From Chlamydiia bacterium (GTDB lineage: Bacteria; Chlamydiota; Chlamydiia; Chlamydiales; JBMOFD01), in contig JBMOFD010000064.1 of assembly GCA_049314435.1 (NCBI GenBank), positions 1-10,704 of the forward strand: 10,704 nt of DNA. The letters are read 5' to 3'. Every line of letters begins with the position of its first letter. Within the stretch, counting starts at the first letter, position 1. The position numbers and the translations under genes are program-made. Below are positions 1 through 6,555 of this stretch, piece after piece. A model generated the notes under the pieces. It saw only the letters and a list, made by a program, of their open reading frames with translations. It ran no database searches and was not told the DNA's origin.

Positions 1-139
1 CTCTAAAGCCTGCATCCTCCGAGATGAAGTGCAGGCTATCTCGCCACGTCGAGTAGCCCAGCCAGGACAGCGCCCCAGGGTCGTGTTCTACGCTTGATGT
101 CGGCTACAATATGGCTGATGGGGTGGTAGATCGAGTTCA

Positions 140-183
140 GATCCAGCCTGTCGCCACCGTTAGGTGCAGACAGGCTGACGATC
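140..183. repeat. Strong inverted repeat / hairpin
   Basis: CAGCCTGTC (144-152) and GACAGGCTG (169-177) form a perfect 9-bp stem. There is an inner CACC/GGTG stem (155-158/163-166) with a GTTA loop, and outer GATC copies at 140-143 and 180-183. Confidence 0.55.
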
Positions 184-197
184 GCTCTGGCTGCTGG

Positions 198-480
198 ATT
201 AGCGCAGCCCTGCGATCCTGTGAGGAACGAGCGAGGCGTCTCGACCTGGGAGATGCCCATGGAAAGGAGTATGGCAGAGCCATGCACTATCGCTTTCAAG
301 AAGACGTTGAGGGCTGGAGAATCTTTGCCACAGTAGGAGTCGAGAAGACCCCAACGGTCACGTCGGAGAAACTCGGGGCTATCGGGATCGACCTAAATGC
401 GGATCACGTAGCTGTGACAGAGTTAGACCAGGATCTATACCCGTAACTTCCCTATTGTGACCCACGGCAAGTCGACTCAT
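198..480 (+). pseudogene. tnpB: TnpB-related (IS200/IS605/IS607 accessory nuclease) internal fragment, frameshifted and truncated
   Basis: The frame of ORF 111-446 reads ISAALRSCEERARR...YGRAMHYRFQEDVEGWRIFAT...KLGAIGIDLNADHVAVTELD, with a RuvC-I-type GIDLN at 384-398. After ~430 the TnpB-like sequence continues in the +1 frame (IYTRNFPIVTHGKSTH, 433-480). No N-terminus, RuvC-II/III or zinc finger is visible. Family recognised from memory of motifs, not from a search. Confidence 0.8.
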
Positions 481-633
481 CGTCAGGTGTGCGCAAGGGT
501 TTTCCAGCGACGTTCAGGATGTAAGCCCACTTTACCAGAAAAGACTTGCCTCAGGAATATCTTAGATGTTGACCAATCAATTGAAAATACTACATGTTGT
601 GGCAAAACGGTCTAACGCGCTGGAAGGCCCTCT

Positions 634-2136
634 ATGAATACGATGTGGATGAGGACTGCCTTGCGTCATGATGTCCCTGCCGGGATTGTTGTGTTTTTGG
701 TTGCCCTGCCGCTGTGTTTGGGCATTGCAGTCGCTTCGGGAATGCCTCCTATGGCCGGAATCGTGGCCGGAGCGATTGGCGGTATCATTGTCGGAGCGAT
801 TTCCGGTTCGCAACTCAGTGTCAGCGGTCCAGCAGCTGGATTGACCGTCGTGGTTGCAGCAGGCCTGGAGTCTCTAGGATCTATTCCGCAGTTTGGGGCT
901 GCAGTTCTTCTTGCTGGACTGTGCCAGGTGTTCTTCGGATTCGCTCGACTGGGCTTTTTGAGCAATTTCATTCCTTCCGCGGTCATCCAAGGAATGCTGA
1001 GCTACATTGGGCTTGTGCTGATTATTCGACAGGCGCCCCTATTGTTTGCGGGGCAGGGGGCGCCCGATCTGGATACGGGTGTGCTGTTTGAAAACCCCTA
1101 CGTTCAACTACAGAGCCTTTGGAACGCTGTCGATTTCAACGAAGGGGCGCTTATCTTTGCGTGCATTTCAGGCGCTTTGCTCTATCTGGGGTCTCGCTTA
1201 AAGCATTGGAAGGTCTTTCAGTGGATCCCCCCCCCGCTGCTAGTGGTCGTGGTCGGCATTCTCACAGCGCGTCTTATTCAGATCTATGCCCCTTATTTAC
1301 TTGTCAGCGGTGACTTCGTTCAAATTCCGTCAGTGACCCTAGCATCTTGGCAGGATGTAGTCTCTTTCCCCGATTTCTCTAGGGTTGGAGAGGCCGCCTT
1401 CTGGGGGATTGTGGCGACGATTGCAGCCATCGCTAGCATCGAAACGCTCCTTACGGTGGAAGCAACAGATCAGCTGGATCCAGCTCACAGAGTGGCTCCC
1501 CAAAACCGCGAGCTCGTGGCCCAGGGGGTAGGAAACCTTCTCTGCGGGTGCTTGGGAGGTCTTCCGGTTACCGCGGTGATTGTACGTGGTTCAGCGAATA
1601 TAGCGGCTGGGGCCAGAACGAAGATTTCTACTATAGTGCACGGAGTTCTTCTGCTTTTATTGGTTGTTATGATCCCGGGTATTTTGAATCTAATTCCGTT
1701 GGCATGCTTAGCCGCCATACTGGTTATGCTTGGATTCAAACTGTTGAGCCCAAAGATCGTTTTGGCGCTCTGGAAAAAGGGGTGGCTGCAATTCGTTCCG
1801 TTTGTGGCTACATTTGTTGCCGCACTCGCCGGCGATCTGATCATCGGAGTAGCGTTTGGATTTTTTATAGCTCTATGCGGACACGCCTGGCTGAGCTCCC
1901 AGGGGGTCATTTCCCTTACTGAGTTCAATCATACTTATCTTTTGCGGTTCAATCGTGATGTTAGTTTTTTACACAAAGCTTCCATTAGGTATTATTTAAG
2001 CAAGATCCCCAATGGAGTTAAGTTGTTAATCGATCGTTCTGCCGCTAAACACGTTGATCAAGATATTGAAGAGGTTATTAGCGTCTTTCTCAAGACTGCG
2101 AAGAGTCGTAAAATAGAGGCTACTGTTAAGGGATAA
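634..2136 (+). CDS. SulP/SLC26 family anion (probably bicarbonate) transporter with short STAS-like C-terminus
   Basis: 500-aa hydrophobic ORF with SulP motifs DVPAGIVVFLVALPLCLGIAVASG, GSQLSVSGPAAG, IASIETLL, NRELVAQGVGN and GGLPVTAVIVRGSAN. The soluble tail (LLRFNRDVSFLHKA...LLIDRS...VDQDIEEVI) is STAS-like. Adjacent to a beta-CA. The start could be a downstream Met. Confidence 0.95.
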   Translation: MNTMWMRTALRHDVPAGIVVFLVALPLCLGIAVASGMPPMAGIVAGAIGGIIVGAISGSQLSVSGPAAGLTVVVAAGLESLGSIPQFGAAVLLAGLCQVFFGFARLGFLSNFIPSAVIQGMLSYIGLVLIIRQAPLLFAGQGAPDLDTGVLFENPYVQLQSLWNAVDFNEGALIFACISGALLYLGSRLKHWKVFQWIPPPLLVVVVGILTARLIQIYAPYLLVSGDFVQIPSVTLASWQDVVSFPDFSRVGEAAFWGIVATIAAIASIETLLTVEATDQLDPAHRVAPQNRELVAQGVGNLLCGCLGGLPVTAVIVRGSANIAAGARTKISTIVHGVLLLLLVVMIPGILNLIPLACLAAILVMLGFKLLSPKIVLALWKKGWLQFVPFVATFVAALAGDLIIGVAFGFFIALCGHAWLSSQGVISLTEFNHTYLLRFNRDVSFLHKASIRYYLSKIPNGVKLLIDRSAAKHVDQDIEEVISVFLKTAKSRKIEATVKG

Positions 2137-2145
2137 TTGGAATAG

Positions 2146-2784
2146 ATGAAAATTTACGAACAATTATTGTTGGAGAATAAGGCCTGGGCAGAAGAGCGTC
2201 AGCGTACAGATCCTGAATATTTCAAGCGCCTAGCCGAAGGACAGCGCCCAGAAATCTTGTGGATTGGCTGTTCCGATTCTCGGGTGCCGGAACATGAGAT
2301 CACGAACCGTCGGCCTGGGGAGATCTTTGTTCACCGAAACATTGCCAACATGGTGGTCCACACTGACATGAACCTCCTCAGTGTATTGGATTTTGCAGTG
2401 AATCTTTTGCAGGTAAAGCACATCATTGTTTGTGGGCACTATCTTTGCGGAGGTGTTGAGGCGGCTATGCAGAATAAGCAGCATGGTCTGGTGGACAATT
2501 GGATTAGGGGAGTTAGGGATGTATATCGACTGTACGAAACAGAGCTGAATGCCATATCCGACCCCCAGGCGCGTTTCGATCGCCTGGTTGAGTTGAATGT
2601 CTACGAACAAGTTCTGGATGTTGCAAAGACATCAATCGTGCAAAATGCCTGGAATACGCGCACGTATCCGATTGTTCATGGGTGGGTCTTTGACATTCGT
2701 ACCGGTTTAATCAAAGACACTGGAGTGCATGTAACAAGCAAAACACCTCTTCCAAGGATGTATCGGCTGAATCCAGTAGAGTAG
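2146..2784 (+). CDS. can: Beta-class carbonic anhydrase (Can/YadF-like)
   Basis: Zinc ligands and catalytic dyad C42, D44, R46 (WIGCSDSRVP) and H98, C101 (CGHYLCGGV). Also FVHRNIAN, ELNVYEQV and VHGWVFD motifs. Confidence 0.96.
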   Translation: MKIYEQLLLENKAWAEERQRTDPEYFKRLAEGQRPEILWIGCSDSRVPEHEITNRRPGEIFVHRNIANMVVHTDMNLLSVLDFAVNLLQVKHIIVCGHYLCGGVEAAMQNKQHGLVDNWIRGVRDVYRLYETELNAISDPQARFDRLVELNVYEQVLDVAKTSIVQNAWNTRTYPIVHGWVFDIRTGLIKDTGVHVTSKTPLPRMYRLNPVE

Positions 2785-2897
2785 AGACCCGCAGGAAAAT
2801 TGTCGTCCAGTGGTCAGTGCGGAACAAGAGACGACGACGTCGTTGGAGCATCATTCAGGCACGGTCCAAGCAGCCTGACGATGCGACTAGAGGGAGT

Positions 2898-2961
2898 CTA
2901 GGGGCCGGCTCCCGGCTCCCGGCCACTGAGCCGAGAGCCGAAGACCCCAGCTTCTGTTTGT
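2898..2961 (+). terminator. Long GC-rich hairpin built from heptamer repeats, followed by a T-rich tract; possible intrinsic terminator
   Basis: GGGG-CCGGCTC-CCGGCTC (2901-2918) pairs with GAGCCGA-GAGCCGA-aga-CCCC (2928-2948), followed by CTTCTGTTTGT (2951-2961). The U-tract is imperfect. Confidence 0.45.
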
Positions 2962-3133
2962 AGTACTTGGAAAGGGACCAGAAATTGTCCTCGGGTTCGA
3001 GCGAAGAGTGGCCAGCGTCCGATCTCGTCTTCTGCTCTCGCATCAATTATCCGACGATAGAATAGCTCTAGAATACGCCTAGAGGGTTTCTTGCTGCTCG
3101 CGGTATCATGTTTGGCTTGTATGGAGCCTCATC

Positions 3134-5554
3134 ATGTCTCAGACTGCGCGAACGGGCGTTGCGCCACCAGTGACCTTAACGACTGCATCGCCCGTTCGGG
3201 AGCTGAATCAAGCCGATATTGAAAGCCACAGTGATGTGGACGTCGTCTTCGGCGTGCTCTGTGGCATGCGGATGCGCATGAAGGACGTATGGGAAGCTGC
3301 TCAGGCGGCGGCATCGCCGCAGCCGCGGCGTAGTCGCCTTAGTAATCCGTCGGATCTCTTGATGGGCGCTCTTCGGTCTTTGGTAGGACGGATGAACGTA
3401 GTGAAATCTGTCGTGTCTGCGGCTCCGAACCTATCGACTGTTCTGAGCCGGAGTCCCGCACGACCCCAGGAGATCATAGAATGGCATCATCAGTGGAGCG
3501 CCGTGCTCACGATGCTGGTTTCGTCTCAGATTTGTACCACGAACCCAACGACGGCGAATGAGATTGCGGAGGCAGTTGCTTGCGTCACAGATGATCTGTG
3601 GCCCTATATCATGGAATGGCATCTGGCGGGCCTAGACCTTGGTCATCGCCGCAAGCTGCTATTGGATTTGAAGAGCGACTTCATAGACCAAGCGGCTCAA
3701 TTCTCCGGTGGTCTAGATCTTCTCGGGGCAGAGTTGAGGGCGGGTCTGCCCTTTACGGAGGAGCTGGAAGACTTTCTCCAGGAGGTGGTCAAAGGGATTC
3801 AGGTGATCAACCGCACGCTGCGTGATGAGCTTGGCAAGACGCTAGCCGAGTTGCAGTCACCCGGAGGCGGGCCCTCCTGCTTCTCCTCGCGATGGGCGCG
3901 GATGGCATTATTCACGACTGCGACCCTATCTCGGGCTCTATCGATGATTTTTGGTGCTCTGAGTGTAGCGAATCCTCCTGAGGATGAGGAGAGTGCGTCC
4001 GACGGCGGCATACGGCCCATGGCGTTGGCCCGCTTCATCACGGCTGGAGGGGCGTTGGCTAGTATTGTGGGGTACAGCTGGTTGCGAGAGCGATCATTGG
4101 CCTTATTGGAGGCGGAGAAGAATTTAAGGGCAGCTGGCAGAGATTTGCTGGAGTGTCAAAGTCTCCTTCAACTCCTGGTGGTAAACACCGAGCCCGAGGC
4201 GCGGGAGCTCCCCGCCCAGCTTCCTGCGCAATCTATGATTGCAGACGAGGCTGGTGTTGAACTACGAGTAGACGGGCTCGATGAGGCGCATATAGAGCAG
4301 GAAGGGTCGGAGCGGCCAGCTGCTCTCGATGAACCGAACCTCCAGAAGTGGCACGAGGGGATCCGCCATTTGGCTGGGGAGGCTCGCAAGATCGTCGGCC
4401 CTCTTGCACATGGGCTTGAGTCTTGTAATCAACTCGTGGAATTGCAAGAGGAGCCGGACTGCGATCCTCATACGCTGGGTCGAGCCCTTCAGGTCCAAGA
4501 GAGGTCTCTGACTAGCCTGGTTCACAGAGGGGAATCGTTGACAAAGAGGATTAGCGAACTGCGAGAATCTATGGAGAATGACCATGCGGATGGCTGTTGT
4601 CGCCACACTAGGCCCTTCTTAGCCCTTCTACAATATAGTGATGGAATCCTGGCCTTTCTTGCCTTTCTAGGAGGCGGGGTAGACGCCTTCTCTTCGTTCA
4701 GCACAGGTGCAGTGCGAGGGATCAGCATTACGAACACCGCGCTGGATGGATTTAACAATTTCGTTGGGCTCACCAGGGAATTGGCTCAATCTAGGGCTGA
4801 GAGGCATGAGAACACGCTGACTCAACTCACGGAGGCGTATGGGGAGTTGAGTCGTGTAGTGCCCCTCGCTGGGCCCTTAGCCAAGACATATGGCCTTATT
4901 AGCAGAAAATTGCTTGAGTCGACTAGGAGTCCATCAGTGCGGAGTCAGGCATCGGCAGTGGCTTCTGTGCGCACCTTCCGAGCAGATAGCTCGGGCAGAG
5001 ACGATTCGTTTGGGAGGGCTCTGATGCGTCAGGACAGCCTGATCGCGCGAGAAGGGTCGGGGCATTTCGATCTATCCCAGATGTCTGATCTCTCGATCTC
5101 TCAAGAAAAACCCGAGGACGGGGGCCTTGGAGATGATGGAGAACCCCTATCGCCCGGACGGTCCACGCTGATCACCAAGGTGGTCACCGCGATGAACGAA
5201 CCTCAGAAGCCACTGTGCGCATCCGGGCCTGCCTTGGCCGAGATGACGCATCGAACGGAGCACGAGGGAGAACTCGTTCCCCCGAGTGAAGAATCAGGGG
5301 GTAGCTCTCATACAAAGATCATGCCGCTGGGCAAAATCCTGAGTGCCGAGCACGCGTTGATCAGGCCCGAGTTTTCGGTGCCCGCTGCACAGGGCTTCAT
5401 GACGAGCGGACGTAGTCCCAATAACAACGGACCCAGTGGTGCTGAGCGGCAGGGGCCCTCCGCGGGGGAGACCCAATATTTGCAAGCGCTAGTTCGTAGG
5501 GCTAGAGGCCTTCTTCCATCAGCCAGCGCCCAAACAGTTGGCAAGAAGCGTTGA
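3134..5554 (+). CDS. Large hypothetical protein; two coiled-coil + bilobed hydrophobic modules (Inc/secreted effector-like)
   Basis: 806-aa uninterrupted ORF with a GGAG RBS at 3123-3126. Ser/Thr/Pro-rich N-terminus, hydrophobic hairpins at aa ~257-317 and ~495-546 each flanked by Leu/Glu-rich helices, and a Ser/Gly/Pro-rich likely disordered C-terminal ~200 aa. No recognisable catalytic motif. Confidence 0.85.
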   Translation: MSQTARTGVAPPVTLTTASPVRELNQADIESHSDVDVVFGVLCGMRMRMKDVWEAAQAAASPQPRRSRLSNPSDLLMGALRSLVGRMNVVKSVVSAAPNLSTVLSRSPARPQEIIEWHHQWSAVLTMLVSSQICTTNPTTANEIAEAVACVTDDLWPYIMEWHLAGLDLGHRRKLLLDLKSDFIDQAAQFSGGLDLLGAELRAGLPFTEELEDFLQEVVKGIQVINRTLRDELGKTLAELQSPGGGPSCFSSRWARMALFTTATLSRALSMIFGALSVANPPEDEESASDGGIRPMALARFITAGGALASIVGYSWLRERSLALLEAEKNLRAAGRDLLECQSLLQLLVVNTEPEARELPAQLPAQSMIADEAGVELRVDGLDEAHIEQEGSERPAALDEPNLQKWHEGIRHLAGEARKIVGPLAHGLESCNQLVELQEEPDCDPHTLGRALQVQERSLTSLVHRGESLTKRISELRESMENDHADGCCRHTRPFLALLQYSDGILAFLAFLGGGVDAFSSFSTGAVRGISITNTALDGFNNFVGLTRELAQSRAERHENTLTQLTEAYGELSRVVPLAGPLAKTYGLISRKLLESTRSPSVRSQASAVASVRTFRADSSGRDDSFGRALMRQDSLIAREGSGHFDLSQMSDLSISQEKPEDGGLGDDGEPLSPGRSTLITKVVTAMNEPQKPLCASGPALAEMTHRTEHEGELVPPSEESGGSSHTKIMPLGKILSAEHALIRPEFSVPAAQGFMTSGRSPNNNGPSGAERQGPSAGETQYLQALVRRARGLLPSASAQTVGKKR

Positions 5555-5617
5555 TCGACCTATATGTAGGCATGGGCACTGAGGCTTTATGCCACAGCTT
5601 TAGGGGGATCGCCGCGG

Positions 5618-6538
5618 ATGAAAAGAAAGTACTCCATTGTGCTTGCCGTGCTGTTCACCCTTGTTTTGATCGCGTTAGGCATCTGGTCTGTTGTCGACCC
5701 CAGGGTGGTTGTCCTTCACCCTAAAGGGCTGATCGCCTGGAAGCAGAGAGATCTGTTGGTGACCGCCACCTGGCTCATGCTGATTATTGTGATCCCCGTC
5801 TTCATCCTCACTGCCTTCTTTGCTTGGAAGTATCGAGCGGGCAATGAGAAGGCGAAGTACACCCCACAAGACGAGGGGAGCGTGCTTGCCGAGTCGATCT
5901 GGTGGGGAGTGCCCTGTGTCATCATCTTCTTTCTGTCGATCATGAACTGGAACAGCAGCTATGAACTCGATCCCTTTAAGCCCATAGAACATGATCGCAA
6001 GGCGATCACCATACAGGTGGTGGCGCTCGATTGGAAATGGCTCTTTATCTATCCAGAAGAGCAGATCGCCACGGTCAACTTCATCCAGTTCCCCCAAGAC
6101 ACCCCTATCAGTTTCCGAATCACCGCCGATGCTCCGATGAATTCGTTCTGGATCCCGGAGCTGGCTGGGCAGGTCTTTGCGATGCCAGGCATGGAGACCC
6201 AGTTGCATGTGCTTGCGAACGAAGAGGGTAGCTTCAGGGGAGTCTCCGCTAACCTTAGTGGTCGCGGCTTCGCTGGTATGACCTTCTTTGCCAAGGCGAG
6301 TACTCAAGAAGAGTTCGATCAGTGGGTGCAATCAGTCAAGACCTCCGCCAAGCCCCTCGATCTGAAGGAATATGCTCACCTTGTGCAGCAAAGTGAAAAT
6401 AATCCCGTTGAGACATACCTATTAGCCGTGAATGATCTGTATCAACGGATCATCATGAGATATATGACGCCAGATAGCGCCTCCGGCTTGGAGGTACACG
6501 ATGGGTCAGCCCACACAGAAACCGCAGCTAGCTTCTAA
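5618..6538 (+). CDS. cyoA: Cytochrome bo3-type quinol oxidase subunit II
   Basis: Motifs LHPKGLIA, AWKYR, AKYTP, IQVVALDWKWLFIYPE, MNSFWIPELAGQVFAMPGM and SANLSGRGFAGM. No CuA Cys/His ligands, so it is a quinol rather than a cytochrome c oxidase. RBS-like GGGGGA at 5603-5608. Confidence 0.97.
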   Translation: MKRKYSIVLAVLFTLVLIALGIWSVVDPRVVVLHPKGLIAWKQRDLLVTATWLMLIIVIPVFILTAFFAWKYRAGNEKAKYTPQDEGSVLAESIWWGVPCVIIFFLSIMNWNSSYELDPFKPIEHDRKAITIQVVALDWKWLFIYPEEQIATVNFIQFPQDTPISFRITADAPMNSFWIPELAGQVFAMPGMETQLHVLANEEGSFRGVSANLSGRGFAGMTFFAKASTQEEFDQWVQSVKTSAKPLDLKEYAHLVQQSENNPVETYLLAVNDLYQRIIMRYMTPDSASGLEVHDGSAHTETAASF

Positions 6539-6555
6539 CCAGCGAGGATCTTGAT

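Larger units (their letters stand above)
478..2883. mobile_element. Putative non-autonomous insertion cassette carrying sulP + beta-carbonic anhydrase
   Basis: Perfect terminal inverted repeats CATCGTCAGG (478-487) / CCTGACGATG (2874-2883). Direct repeat CGACT directly outside both ends (473-477, 2884-2888). Sub-terminal inverted 10/11 match TCCAGCGACGT (503-513) / ACGTCGTTGGA (2837-2847). The left end coincides with loss of TnpB similarity, and there is no transposase inside. Confidence 0.5.

Noticed and set aside
2..97. RPRVVFYA resembling the IS607 serine recombinase YARVS motif
   Set aside because: A stop follows immediately, and no RVS or other recombinase motif appears in register.
36..299. 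Minus-strand 87-aa ORF ending at a hairpin (7-37)
   Set aside because: Its 5' part is antisense to the tnpB remnant and it has no recognisable motif. A gene remnant cannot be excluded but is unsupported.
111..446. 111-aa ORF as an intact gene
   Set aside because: The first ~29 codons show no TnpB resemblance and the stop results from a frameshift, so it is treated as a pseudogene fragment.
569..584. FNR-like box TTGACCAATCAA or sigma70 promoter upstream of sulP
   Set aside because: The half-site spacer is 2 bp rather than 4, and there is no good -10 at 16-18 bp from TTGACC.
566..600. GTTGACCA...CTACATGTTG resemblance to IscB omega-RNA/HEARO
   Set aside because: Only two short words match. 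The expected stems and an iscB gene are absent.
2855..3046. Minus-strand 63-aa ORF in the can-orphan spacer
   Set aside because: No RBS or motif, and it crosses the repeat hairpin and the putative cassette end.
5540..5554. C-terminal GKKR as an ER-retrieval signal
   Set aside because: Does not fit KKxx or KxKxx spacing.
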